DNA from: Bacteroidota bacterium
Lineage (GTDB): Bacteria; Bacteroidota; Bacteroidia; Flavobacteriales; Flavobacteriaceae
Direction: 5' to 3'
NCBI GenBank assembly: GCA_046047415.1
Contig: JBJOHX010000025.1
Coordinates: forward strand, 46,052 to 110,051
DNA length: 64,000 nt
The position numbers were made by a program, and so were the translations under genes. Below are positions 50,658-60,997 of this stretch, piece by piece; position 1 is the stretch's first letter; every line of letters begins with the position of its first letter. The notes beneath the pieces are model-generated. The model ran no database searches. It worked only from the letters and a program-made list of their open reading frames with translations, and was not told the origin of the DNA.

Positions 50658-53516
50658 ATGAATACAGCATCTTTTGCAGCCCGACATCTTGGAATTCGTC
50701 CCTCTGATTTGCCGTATATGTTAGAGGTAATCGGTGTAGATCAACTGGACCAACTCATCGATGAAACAGTACCCGAAGGTATTCGTCTGAATCGTAAACT
50801 GGAGTTGGATTCACCGATGTCGGAATTTGAATTTCTGGAACATATCCATGCCTTGGGTAAAGAAAATAAACTTTTCAAAACCTTTATTGGAACAGGATAC
50901 CATCCTACCATTACCCCTTCGGTCATTAAACGAAATATCCTCGAAAATCCAGGTTGGTATACTGCTTATACCCCATATCAGGCAGAAATTGCGCAAGGCA
51001 GATTGGAAGCCCTAGTCAATTACCAGACCATGATATGCGACCTTACCGGCATGGAATTGGCCAATGCCTCCTTGTTGGATGAGGGAACGGCCGCCGCAGA
51101 AGCTATGACAATGCTATTTGATTTGCGCAGCAGAGATCAAAAGAACAACCATTGCGTTAACTTTTTTGTTTCCGAGGGTGTTTTACCACAAACCTTAGCG
51201 GTGCTTAAAACTCGCTCAACACCACTTGGCATTAATATCGTAACTGGCAAGGTTTCGTCTCTTTCTTTAGATGCATCCTATTACGGAGCATTATTACAAT
51301 ACCCAGACTTAGATGGTGGTATTCATTCTTATGAAAATTTTATTACCGAAGCACATGAACTGGAGATTAAAGTTGCGGTTGCTACAGACCCGTTAAGCCT
51401 TTGCATATTGACTCCACCTGGAGAATGGGGCGCCGATGTGGTGGTGGGAAGCACCCAGCGCTTTGGTATACCCATGGGTTATGGCGGTCCACACGCCGCA
51501 TTTTTCGCTACACGTGAAGAATACAAGCGCAGTATACCTGGGCGTATCATTGGGTTAAGCAAGGACATAGACGGAAAACCAGCCTATCGCATGGCATTGC
51601 AAACCCGGGAACAGCATATTAAACGCGATAAAGCCACATCCAATATTTGTACTGCCCAAGTCTTATTGGCCGTGATGGCAGGGGCTTATGGTGTTTTCCA
51701 CGGACCTGAAGGATTGCGCGATATCGCATATCGGATTCACGGACTTACTGCTTCCCTGGCATCTGTTGCAAAAAAATTGGGAATTGGATTAAAACACGAA
51801 GCATTTTTTGACACGCTTTGTTTGGAAATAAATCCTGAAAGTATTCGCAAATCTGCCGAGGAAGCTGGAATTAATCTAGGCTATGCACTGCCCAACCATA
51901 TAAGTATTTCACTTAACGAAACTACTACTTTAGAAGATGTGGAAATGCTTTCCGCCCTTTTGGCCAAAGCACAGAACAAAACCTTGGAATTCGCTGAGGT
52001 GAAACCAGTTACAGCAGGCTGTATTCCAGAAGATCTCCAACGCAAATCGGGTTTTATGCAGCAGGAAGTGTTTAACCGTTACCACTCCGAAACCGAAATG
52101 ATGCGGTATCTCAAAAAATTGGAGCGAAAGGATTTGGCATTAAACCAATCCATGATTTCTTTGGGCTCATGTACTATGAAACTCAATGCCGCTACCGAAA
52201 TGTTGCCGCTTAGTATGCCGGAGTGGGGCAGTTTACACCCATTTGTACCATTAAATCAGGCTATCGGGTACCAAAAAGTGCTTTCAAATCTGGAATCCTA
52301 CCTTTGTGAAGTTACCGGATTTGCCGCAACTTCGCTGCAGCCAAATTCCGGAGCACAAGGAGAATATGCAGGTCTTATGCTAATACGGGCTTATCACGAA
52401 TCACGTGGTGAAGGACACCGTAATATATGTCTGATTCCAGCCTCTGCCCACGGGACCAACCCAGCGTCTGCTGTTATGGCCGGTATGCAGGTCGTAGTTA
52501 CCAAAACAGATGAAAAAGGGAATATTGATTTGGCCGATCTTAAGGAAAAAGTGCTGCTTCACAGCGAAGCACTTTCGGCACTAATGGTAACTTACCCCTC
52601 TACGCACGGGGTGTTCGAATCTGCAATTAAAGAAATTACTAAGCTCATACACGAACATGGAGGTCAGGTGTATATGGATGGTGCCAATATGAATGCTCAG
52701 GTTGGGCTTACTAACCCTGCAACGATTGGTGCAGACGTTTGTCATCTGAATCTGCACAAAACCTTCGCTATACCTCACGGTGGTGGCGGTCCGGGTGTAG
52801 GACCGGTTTGTGTAGCCCCACAGTTGGCGCCTTTTCTCCCAAAAAATCCAGTGATTGCCACAGGCGGTAATCAAGGTATTCCGGCAATTTCGGCTGCACC
52901 ATGGGGCAGCGCTTTGGTATGCCTCATTTCTTATGCCTATATTAAAATGCTTGGTGCTGAAGGACTTACAGATGCCACTCGGTACGCCATTTTAAATGCA
53001 AATTATATGAAGGAACGCCTGGCAAAAGCATACCCTATACTTTATACCGGTGAAAATGGCCGTGCAGCACATGAAATGATTGTAGATTGCAGGGAGTTTA
53101 AAAAATGGGGTGTAGAGGTAACCGATATAGCCAAACGACTTATGGATTATGGATTCCACGCACCAACGGTATCCTTTCCTGTTGCAGGCACTCTAATGAT
53201 TGAACCTACCGAAAGTGAAAGTCTGGAAGAAATTGACCGATTTTGCGATGCAATGTTGGCTATTCGAAAAGAAATTGACGCCTCCACCGCGGCGGGCCCC
53301 AATCCTATCCTCAAAAATGCTCCACATACACTGGCCATGATTACAAGCGATTCTTGGGAATTTGAGTATTCCAGAGCCGCAGCGGCATACCCCTTACCCT
53401 ATGTAGCTGAAAATAAATTTTGGCCGGGAGTTCGCAGGATAGACGATGCTTATGGTGATCGTAATCTTATATGTACCTGCACGCCGGTTGAAGCCTATGC
53501 AGAAACGGAGGAATAA
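50658..53516 (+). CDS. gcvP: Glycine dehydrogenase (decarboxylating), glycine-cleavage P protein
   Basis: ATG at 50658 gives MNTASFAARHLGIRP, 952 aa. The PLP-lysine motif NLHKTFAIPHGGGGPG is present. Confidence 0.96.
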   Translation: MNTASFAARHLGIRPSDLPYMLEVIGVDQLDQLIDETVPEGIRLNRKLELDSPMSEFEFLEHIHALGKENKLFKTFIGTGYHPTITPSVIKRNILENPGWYTAYTPYQAEIAQGRLEALVNYQTMICDLTGMELANASLLDEGTAAAEAMTMLFDLRSRDQKNNHCVNFFVSEGVLPQTLAVLKTRSTPLGINIVTGKVSSLSLDASYYGALLQYPDLDGGIHSYENFITEAHELEIKVAVATDPLSLCILTPPGEWGADVVVGSTQRFGIPMGYGGPHAAFFATREEYKRSIPGRIIGLSKDIDGKPAYRMALQTREQHIKRDKATSNICTAQVLLAVMAGAYGVFHGPEGLRDIAYRIHGLTASLASVAKKLGIGLKHEAFFDTLCLEINPESIRKSAEEAGINLGYALPNHISISLNETTTLEDVEMLSALLAKAQNKTLEFAEVKPVTAGCIPEDLQRKSGFMQQEVFNRYHSETEMMRYLKKLERKDLALNQSMISLGSCTMKLNAATEMLPLSMPEWGSLHPFVPLNQAIGYQKVLSNLESYLCEVTGFAATSLQPNSGAQGEYAGLMLIRAYHESRGEGHRNICLIPASAHGTNPASAVMAGMQVVVTKTDEKGNIDLADLKEKVLLHSEALSALMVTYPSTHGVFESAIKEITKLIHEHGGQVYMDGANMNAQVGLTNPATIGADVCHLNLHKTFAIPHGGGGPGVGPVCVAPQLAPFLPKNPVIATGGNQGIPAISAAPWGSALVCLISYAYIKMLGAEGLTDATRYAILNANYMKERLAKAYPILYTGENGRAAHEMIVDCREFKKWGVEVTDIAKRLMDYGFHAPTVSFPVAGTLMIEPTESESLEEIDRFCDAMLAIRKEIDASTAAGPNPILKNAPHTLAMITSDSWEFEYSRAAAAYPLPYVAENKFWPGVRRIDDAYGDRNLICTCTPVEAYAETEE

Positions 53517-53520
53517 AACT

Positions 53521-54042
53521 ATGTATAAATATTATCCGGAAAAGAGATATCGAATAACCCTGGATTTCCTGAAAAAACACATTGACACTCAGGAACCCCT
53601 ATTGGATTTAGGCGTAACCAATCCATTTTCGGAGCTCATGAAAGCATCGGGATACGCGGTAACCAACACTTGGGGTGAAGATTTGGATTTGAATTTGGAG
53701 GCAGTAAATAAATCCACTGCTCAAGTGGTTACTGCCTTCGAAATATTGGAACATTTGGTGTCTCCCTTTACTGTTTTACAAGCGCTTCCTGGGAATAAAT
53801 TACTTGCCAGCGTACCTCTTAGACTTTGGTTTGCCCCTGCTTACCGTTCCAAAACAGACCCTTGGGATCGACATTTTCACGAATTTGAATCCTGGCAATT
53901 TGACTGGCTCCTGGAAAAAGCGGGTTGGCAAATAAAGGACCGGGTGCAGTGGACCCACCCGGTGCGCAAGCTTGGCTTTCGCCCCTTACTTAGGTGGTTT
54001 ACCCCGCGCTACTATCTGGTATATGCCGAGCGTGTTTCATGA
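53521..54042 (+). CDS. Small class-I methyltransferase-like protein with a degenerate SAM motif I
   Basis: ATG at 53521 (MYKYYPEKRY), 173 aa, starting 4 nt after the gcvP stop. LLDLGVTNPF stands in place of the usual DxGxGxG, and a VVTAFEILEHL motif-II/III-like segment is present. Confidence 0.5.
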   Translation: MYKYYPEKRYRITLDFLKKHIDTQEPLLDLGVTNPFSELMKASGYAVTNTWGEDLDLNLEAVNKSTAQVVTAFEILEHLVSPFTVLQALPGNKLLASVPLRLWFAPAYRSKTDPWDRHFHEFESWQFDWLLEKAGWQIKDRVQWTHPVRKLGFRPLLRWFTPRYYLVYAERVS

Positions 54043-54932
54043 AAGTGCAATTCAACAATCTCACTTCAAATCCTTTAGACCAACATTGGGTAGCAATCGT
54101 GGTTCCCGCTCACAACGAAGAAGCCCATCTGGCCGTCTGTTTGGATTCTTTCGTTGCCCAAACCCGACGACCAAATGAATTAATACTGGTAGACGACAGC
54201 AGTACAGACCAAACCTTTGGTATTGCAAAATCCTATGCCAACACGCACGCGTGGATTCGCTGTGTAAAACACGCTTCTATTCCGGGACACAAACCCGGAG
54301 CAAAGGTTGTACAGGCTTTTAATTTTGGATGCACACAACTCACGCAAATACCAGATTTCATTGGAAAATTCGACGCAGATATAGTTCTGCCTCCCAATTA
54401 TTTTGAACACCTATTACAGGCATTCGGAGAAAATCAAAAGCTTGGCATATGTTCCGGTTTGGTATACATACAACAAAATGATCAATGGATTTATGAACCT
54501 ATTGCCGCAAAAAATCACGTGCGAGGGCCCATAAAATGTTATTCCCAAAACTGCTTTGAGGCTATTGGCGGACTCAAGTCAGCCATTGGGTGGGACACCG
54601 CAGATGTGCTACTCGCGCGCTACCATGGTTTTGAAGTACAAACCCTAGCAGACCTGCAGGTAAAACACTTGCGCCCTACAGGTTTGGCCTATTCCCGTGA
54701 AAATGCATTGAAACAGGGTCAGGCGCTTTACACTTTGCGCTACGGGTTAATACTAGGCGTAATTGCTTCCATAAAAATGGCCTGGAAAAGGAAATCGGGC
54801 CTGTTGCCGTGGAACCATTTAAAAGGAGCATACAATGCTCGAAAAAACCGAGATCCTTTCTTGTTGAGCGATGATGTTGCACGGTTTGCCAGAAAATGGC
54901 GGTGGCAACAAATCCGTGAGAAACTATTTTAA
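54039..54932 (+). CDS. Family-2 glycosyltransferase
   Basis: ATG at 54039 overlaps the upstream stop (ATGA). Motifs VAIVVPAHNEEAHL and LILVDDSSTDQT are present. Confidence 0.8.
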   Translation: MKVQFNNLTSNPLDQHWVAIVVPAHNEEAHLAVCLDSFVAQTRRPNELILVDDSSTDQTFGIAKSYANTHAWIRCVKHASIPGHKPGAKVVQAFNFGCTQLTQIPDFIGKFDADIVLPPNYFEHLLQAFGENQKLGICSGLVYIQQNDQWIYEPIAAKNHVRGPIKCYSQNCFEAIGGLKSAIGWDTADVLLARYHGFEVQTLADLQVKHLRPTGLAYSRENALKQGQALYTLRYGLILGVIASIKMAWKRKSGLLPWNHLKGAYNARKNRDPFLLSDDVARFARKWRWQQIREKLF

Positions 54933-56585
54933 TGCCTCAGGAATAGGTTCTCCGGTGGTTCCATTTGGAAATGCTATCCCCAAAAGTGTGGCAACGGTTG
55001 GCGCAATATCCGGAATGGTGGTTCTACGCACCGTACTGCCCGGGCGAATACCCTTGCCATAAAACAATAGAGGAGTATGGGTATCGTAGGGATAGGGCGA
55101 CCCGTGTGTGGACCCGGTTTGAGTATAACTTGCATAACCGGGAGGGTGTACTAAAATTAAATCGCCGGATCGTTTTGGATTAAATCCTTTTTGAAATATA
55201 GATGGTAGACCGCTTGTAAAATCGGCAAGTAACATCTGATCTGAAGTAAATACTTGCTGAATTTCGGGATAGTTAATTAGTTCATCTGCGATACATTGAC
55301 GCACTTCTACAGCATTTAATTTAAGGTCTTGAAGCACTTCGTAATCGAGAAAAATTTGGGCATTGGAAACATCACGAATTAAATTTTCGGCTCCATAGGT
55401 AATTTTTGCATACTCATCTAATTTTTCACGAAAAGTTTTAAGATCTAAGTAACCGGCAGGTATTTTTTGATCCTTTAAATAATTCTGCACCGGAAGTGCC
55501 CCGTGATCTGCGGTTAGAAAAACAGTATAGTTATTGGCTCCAACCTTGCGATCGAGGTGTTTGAGCATTCTGGCCAAATCTTGATCTAAACGGAGGTAAG
55601 TATCTTCTACTTCTTTGGAATCGACACCAAATTTATGGCCAACGTAATCGGTGCTAGAAAAACTAATTGCGAGAAAATCCGGAATTTCATCTGCTCCCAA
55701 GGCTTCGTTATCTAAAGCCTCCAGAGCAAAGTCTAGAGTAATGCTATTGCCGTATGGGGTTATTCGCAGTAATTCAAACTTCCCATTTTCATCCCAAAGT
55801 TTTGGCAAATTATGAGGAAATACCGGAGCAGCCTCGCCTCTAAATGTACTTTCATACTTCACGTTATCAGGCACACTTTCTACATATTTATCAATTTTGC
55901 TTAACGTGTTCCAAGGCTTCCGATACGATAGTGCGTTCCCGGATGCATTAAATTTATCTACCCACCTTGGCAATTTGTCCATATAATAGGTACTGCTAAT
56001 CCAGTTTCCGGTAGATCCGCCTTCCCACCAATAGGCGGCATTTGCTGTGTGTCCACCGGGCAAAACAGCCCCTCGATCCTTTAAGGCCACTGCTATTACC
56101 TTTGAGCGCATTTGATAGTGCAAACGTAATTCATCGGTCACGGTAGTTACCAACAGCCGCTGAGGAGAGTTTTTTCCTGCCTTTGAGTCTGTCCCTACTG
56201 AAGAAACTGATTCATCCCCGGCGCAATACACCGATTTTCCACTTTCTTTATCGAACCAATCATTTCCGATAATACCATGAACTGCGGGAGTAGTACCTGT
56301 ATAAACAGAAGCGTGACCCGGCCCTGTGCTAGTAGGCGCATAGTTAAAGTGATGGTTTCGAGCTACAAAGCCTTCATTGACCAATCGCTTAAATCCGTCG
56401 TCTTCAAATTTATCCCAAAACCGCGTCAGATAATCGAACCGCATTTGGTCTACCACAATGCCAACTACCAATCTTGGAGGATTTCCAAATACGGGGTCGG
56501 CTGAAGCGGCATTGGACTGCCCATAAAGGCCATTCCAAATAGTAGTGACACCAAGTGCAAACAAAAATTTAATTTTTAAACGCAT
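54924..56585 (-). CDS. pafA: PafA-type alkaline phosphatase (nucleotide pyrophosphatase/phosphodiesterase superfamily)
   Basis: 553 aa with a signal peptide and the motifs VVGIVVDQMRFDYL, GHASVYTGT and FLTADHGA. Its 3' end overlaps the GT2 gene by 9 nt. Confidence 0.75.
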   Translation of the reverse strand: MRLKIKFLFALGVTTIWNGLYGQSNAASADPVFGNPPRLVVGIVVDQMRFDYLTRFWDKFEDDGFKRLVNEGFVARNHHFNYAPTSTGPGHASVYTGTTPAVHGIIGNDWFDKESGKSVYCAGDESVSSVGTDSKAGKNSPQRLLVTTVTDELRLHYQMRSKVIAVALKDRGAVLPGGHTANAAYWWEGGSTGNWISSTYYMDKLPRWVDKFNASGNALSYRKPWNTLSKIDKYVESVPDNVKYESTFRGEAAPVFPHNLPKLWDENGKFELLRITPYGNSITLDFALEALDNEALGADEIPDFLAISFSSTDYVGHKFGVDSKEVEDTYLRLDQDLARMLKHLDRKVGANNYTVFLTADHGALPVQNYLKDQKIPAGYLDLKTFREKLDEYAKITYGAENLIRDVSNAQIFLDYEVLQDLKLNAVEVRQCIADELINYPEIQQVFTSDQMLLADFTSGLPSIFQKGFNPKRSGDLILVHPPGYASYTQTGSTHGSPYPYDTHTPLLFYGKGIRPGSTVRRTTIPDIAPTVATLLGIAFPNGTTGEPIPEALK

Positions 56586-56704
56586 GCTTTAATAAATTTG
56601 AATTCTGGTGTAAAAATACCAAATAGGAAGGATTCACTTGTGAAGCAAATCTTAAATCCATGTGAATATTCGTATTTTTACAAACTCTAAGTCCTTTAGC
56701 CACT

Positions 56705-57442
56705 ATGACGCACTTAGCCTCCATTGGAAGTTACGCCCTTATGGTTGTGGAAACCTTCAAAAAACCAACCAAAAGACACATTATGAAATCCTTGATTCTC
56801 AAGGAAATTGATGAATTGATTTACGGTTCTTTGGGAATTATCATTTTTATCTCATTCTTCATTGGTGGGGTTGTAACCATTCAAACGGCATTAAACATAA
56901 GCAACCCACTTATTCCGAGGAACCTGATTGGATTTGCAACGCGTCAGTCAGTAATATTGGAATTTGCTCCCACCTTTACTTCCATAATTATGGCAGGGAA
57001 GGTTGGTTCATATATTACCTCGAGCATCGGAACCATGCGGGTTACCGAACAAATTGATGCGCTGGAAGTTATGGGTGTAAATGCCTTAAACTATCTGGTA
57101 TTTCCAAAAATCATCGCAATGTTATTTTATCCATTTGTGATTGCCATTGCTATGTACGTCGGTATTTTTGGCGGATGGATCGCAGGAGTGTTCGGAGGTT
57201 TCAGTTCCAGCGCTGATTTTGTAGAAGGAGTACAACTTGATTTTATTCCCTTTCACGTAACCTATTCCTTTATTAAAACGGTGGTTTTTGCTTTTATCAT
57301 TGCAACCGTACCTTCGTATCACGGATTTTATATGAAAGGTGGTGCCCTAGAGGTAGGCAAGGCTGCTACCGTATCATTTGTTTGGACCAGTGTAGTCATT
57401 ATTATCCTGAATTATATACTCACTCAATTGATGCTAGGCTAA
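56705..57442 (+). CDS. mlaE: MlaE-family ABC transporter permease
   Basis: 245 aa with TMRVTEQIDALEVMGVN, the conserved MlaE/Ttg2B motif. Confidence 0.85.
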   Translation: MTHLASIGSYALMVVETFKKPTKRHIMKSLILKEIDELIYGSLGIIIFISFFIGGVVTIQTALNISNPLIPRNLIGFATRQSVILEFAPTFTSIIMAGKVGSYITSSIGTMRVTEQIDALEVMGVNALNYLVFPKIIAMLFYPFVIAIAMYVGIFGGWIAGVFGGFSSSADFVEGVQLDFIPFHVTYSFIKTVVFAFIIATVPSYHGFYMKGGALEVGKAATVSFVWTSVVIIILNYILTQLMLG

Positions 57443-58209
57443 TGATTACAGTAAAGGAATTGCACAAATCTTTTGGAGATTCTGAAGTCCTAAAGGGAAT
57501 TTCGACCGTTTTTGAGAAAGGCAAGACCAATCTCATTATTGGACAAAGCGGCTCGGGAAAAACGGTGTTTATGAAATGCTTATTGGGCTTAATAGAACCC
57601 AATAGCGGCAGCATAAGCTACGATGGTCAAGTATATTCCGAGCTTGAACCCGCAGAAAAGCGTAACCTGCGTCAAGAAATGGGTATGGTATTTCAGGGAT
57701 CTGCCTTGTTTGATTCCATGACTGTAGCCGGCAACGTAATGTTTCCTTTGGAAATGTTTACGCGTCAGTCCAAATCGGAAATGGAAGATCGTGTAAACTT
57801 TGTATTGAATCGGGTAAACCTTAAAGACGCTCATCACAAATACCCCTCTGAAATTTCCGGAGGAATGCAAAAACGTGTGGCAATTGCAAGGGCCATTGTA
57901 ATGAATCCCAAATATTTATTTTGCGATGAACCCAACTCTGGGCTCGATCCCAAAACCGCAATCCTTATAGATAATCTGATTCAAGAAATTACAAGTGAAT
58001 ACGACATCACTACGGTCATAAACACTCACGATATGAATTCCGTGATGGAAATCGGGGAAAAAATTGTGTTCCTAAAAAACGGCCTTAAGGCCTGGGAAGG
58101 AACCAATCAGGAAATTTTTCGCACCGACAACCAAGCCGTTACAGACTTTGTCTATTCCTCTGAACTCTTTAAAAAAGTGCGCCAGATGTATCTGGAAGAA
58201 CGCAATTAA
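57442..58209 (+). CDS. mlaF: MlaF-type ABC transporter ATP-binding protein
   Basis: ATG at 57442 shares 1 nt with the mlaE stop. Walker A GQSGSGKT, signature ISGGMQKR and Walker B LFCDEP are present. Confidence 0.85.
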   Translation: MITVKELHKSFGDSEVLKGISTVFEKGKTNLIIGQSGSGKTVFMKCLLGLIEPNSGSISYDGQVYSELEPAEKRNLRQEMGMVFQGSALFDSMTVAGNVMFPLEMFTRQSKSEMEDRVNFVLNRVNLKDAHHKYPSEISGGMQKRVAIARAIVMNPKYLFCDEPNSGLDPKTAILIDNLIQEITSEYDITTVINTHDMNSVMEIGEKIVFLKNGLKAWEGTNQEIFRTDNQAVTDFVYSSELFKKVRQMYLEERN

Positions 58210-58461
58210 ATTAATTAATTCGGGGACATTCCTTCAAGGGTCAACCATCCTTTTTGACACGATTCCATTGTTGCAACCAATGATTACCAAATCCTGCAAT
58301 CACTGGGATTCCTAATTTACATTAAGGTCCGTATCAGATCCATGATAACCAAAAAAAGAAACACAAGTATCCCTACTCGTATTTCTTTACTGTATTTCCC
58401 AAGTTTGGCAAATATTTCATGCATAAGGAAGCAAGTTTAAACAAAAAACAAACAAGCTCGC

Positions 58462-59910
58462 TTACATACCTGATTGCACTTGAACCTTAATGTTTTTTAT
58501 TCGCACCTGAATCCAGGCATTGAACCGTTCCAGATCTTCCCTGCGATTCGATTCGGTTATTTCATCTTTCCAAAGCGGTCGGATTACGGGAATTGTGTCT
58601 GTATATTCAAAATTTGTTTGAAGGGTATAGGCGTAATCCAAACCTTTTAAATTGGGGTAATTGGCTCTTGCTTCGGCAGCGATATCTTCAAAAGGTATTT
58701 GAGATGCTGCAAACGAACTCATACGATTCAATTCCTCTTCCAACATACGAATGCGCTCTTCGCGATTGAGCAATTCCGCTTTTTTGGTTTCGTACAGCTC
58801 ACTCACATACCTGAACTTTTCTTCCGAATCGGTGGTACCACTAAGCACCCGAAGTTCTGTGTTTTGCAATTTGGAAAACTGATTTTTCTGCATCCTCCAG
58901 GTTTGTACCACACTTTCGGGAACGGGATCGTCCCCCATGCACACCCATTCCAACTGAGAAACCCCATCCCGATTGTATTTAATAGTAGACAAATTGGGCA
59001 TAAATCTCCCGTTGGTCTCGAATTGATATACGGCAATAGTCTGATTGATTAATTCCTGAACTTGACGCCGAAACAACGACTCCTGAAAAACCTGATAAAA
59101 CGTATAGCCTGCCGGAACCATTATCAAAACTGCTAAAAGGGAGGCGCCACGTGCAATTAAGCGCCGCTTCTTGGAGTTGGCATAACGCACCATCGGAAAA
59201 CGCAGAATCTTGAGCACCACAAAGGTTGCCAAGGCAATAAATATGGTATTAATAATAAACAAATACAGCGCCCCTCCGGCATAACCCAAATTACCAATTG
59301 CCAGTCCAAATCCAACGGTGCACAAGGGCGGCATTAAAGCCGTGGCAATTGCTACCCCAAAAATTACACTTGCAATGGTGCCGCGTTTTGTTCTGGCAAT
59401 GACCAAGGCCGTCCCGCCAAAGAAAGCAATGAGCACATCTCGTATGTCTGGAGCGGTGCGAGCCAGCAACTCATTAGATTCCACTTGTAACGGAAAAAAT
59501 TTAAAAAAAAGGTAGGCGGTAAGGACACTGAGCCCAACCATTATGGCGAAGTTATTTAGCGAACGTCTAAGGGTGTCAATGTCGTTTATTGCCAAGGACA
59601 TACCAATCCCGAGTATAGGTCCCATTAAAGGTGAAATAAGCATGGCACCTATGACTACCGCCGTAGAATTTGCATTTAAGCCTATGGATGCAATAAAAAT
59701 GGAACAAATTAAAATCCAGGCAGTATGTCCTTTAAATGAAATGTCTGCAACTATTGCATCACGTGCAGCATCCTGATCCGTATTGGATCTAATATCTAAG
59801 GTATTTTCAAGAAATTGCTTGACACTTCCTAGAAGGCCTTTAAAATCTTTTTTCACCTGATCCCCATGGTCTGGATTTGCGGGTTGTGCCCCTGTTTGAT
59901 TTGTTTTCAT
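58462..59910 (-). CDS. DUF389-family membrane protein with a C-terminal soluble extension
   Basis: 482 aa. The membrane core has repeated GxxLxxPLMxP-type segments (AMLISPLMGPILG and ATALMPPLCTVG), followed by a roughly 170-aa hydrophilic C-terminus with a coiled-coil-like stretch. Confidence 0.6.
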   Translation of the reverse strand: MKTNQTGAQPANPDHGDQVKKDFKGLLGSVKQFLENTLDIRSNTDQDAARDAIVADISFKGHTAWILICSIFIASIGLNANSTAVVIGAMLISPLMGPILGIGMSLAINDIDTLRRSLNNFAIMVGLSVLTAYLFFKFFPLQVESNELLARTAPDIRDVLIAFFGGTALVIARTKRGTIASVIFGVAIATALMPPLCTVGFGLAIGNLGYAGGALYLFIINTIFIALATFVVLKILRFPMVRYANSKKRRLIARGASLLAVLIMVPAGYTFYQVFQESLFRRQVQELINQTIAVYQFETNGRFMPNLSTIKYNRDGVSQLEWVCMGDDPVPESVVQTWRMQKNQFSKLQNTELRVLSGTTDSEEKFRYVSELYETKKAELLNREERIRMLEEELNRMSSFAASQIPFEDIAAEARANYPNLKGLDYAYTLQTNFEYTDTIPVIRPLWKDEITESNRREDLERFNAWIQVRIKNIKVQVQSGM

Positions 59911-59917
59911 CTAATTT

Positions 59918-60994
59918 TTAAATAAAGTCTGGCCCAAAAGTGTCTTTTACTTTTGAAACCCATTGTTTTATCTCTTGCTCACGATTTTTAGGTACAATGA
60001 GCAAGACCTCATTTGAATCGACCACTATAAAATCGTTTAGGCCTTCAAGAACTGCAATTTTACCTTGTGGGAGTTTAATCATGTTTCCTGTACATTGCTC
60101 CATTAGAACTGCGCCTCCGGAATTAGCATTTCCAGCCTGATCCTTATCCATTTTGTCGTATAATGATCCCCAGGTACCCAAATCATTCCAATCGAAAGAT
60201 GCCGGCAAAACCAGGACATTATTGGATTGCTCCATTATCGCATAGTCGATAGAAATATTGGCCGCTTCCGGATAGTTTTGAGCAATGAATTTAGCTTCGG
60301 CCTCGGTGTTATAGACAGGCAAGCCTTTAAGAAAATGTGCGTATTCTTTGGGCTGAAATTGTTCAAAGGCAGCTAAAATCCCTCCCACACTCCAGGCAAA
60401 TATTCCGGCATTCCAAAGAAAATTTCCTTGCTCCAGAAACTTTTTAGCCGTGGCATAATTTGGCTTTTCACGGAACTGCAACACCTTTGTAAGTCCCGAT
60501 TTACCCTTTTCGAATTCTATATAGCCAAATCCAGTATTTGGGAATGTAGGTTGAATGCCTAAAGTGCATAAGTATTCCGAACCGGAAACGGCATCAAAAC
60601 AGCTGCGTACATCGTGTTCAAAGGCTGTTTCATCTTCTATCCAATGATCGCTAGGGGCCACTACCATGCAAGCATTGGGATTCATCTTCTGAATCTTAAG
60701 GGCCGCATACAAAATACAGGGTGCAGTATTGCGCATCGCCGGTTCCTCTACAATTTGAGTCAAGCTAATATCTGGCAACTGATCCAACACCAATTGCCGA
60801 TAATCCGCATTGGTAAGAATTAAAATATGCTCCTTGGGAATAAAGCGGGCCAACCTGGAAAATGTGTGTTGTAGTAAGGACTGACCGCTGCCGAGTAAAT
60901 CGTGGAATTGCTTGGGATACGACTTTTTACTTACCGGCCAAAAGCGGGAACCCACTCCACCTGCCATTAAAATGGCGTAAAAATTTGAATTCAT
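59918..60994 (-). CDS. Mannose-1-phosphate guanylyltransferase (GDP-mannose pyrophosphorylase)
   Basis: 358 aa with the nucleotidyltransferase motif MAGGVGSRFWPVSKKSYPKQF. Confidence 0.85.
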   Translation of the reverse strand: MNSNFYAILMAGGVGSRFWPVSKKSYPKQFHDLLGSGQSLLQHTFSRLARFIPKEHILILTNADYRQLVLDQLPDISLTQIVEEPAMRNTAPCILYAALKIQKMNPNACMVVAPSDHWIEDETAFEHDVRSCFDAVSGSEYLCTLGIQPTFPNTGFGYIEFEKGKSGLTKVLQFREKPNYATAKKFLEQGNFLWNAGIFAWSVGGILAAFEQFQPKEYAHFLKGLPVYNTEAEAKFIAQNYPEAANISIDYAIMEQSNNVLVLPASFDWNDLGTWGSLYDKMDKDQAGNANSGGAVLMEQCTGNMIKLPQGKIAVLEGLNDFIVVDSNEVLLIVPKNREQEIKQWVSKVKDTFGPDFI

Positions 60995-60997
60995 TTT

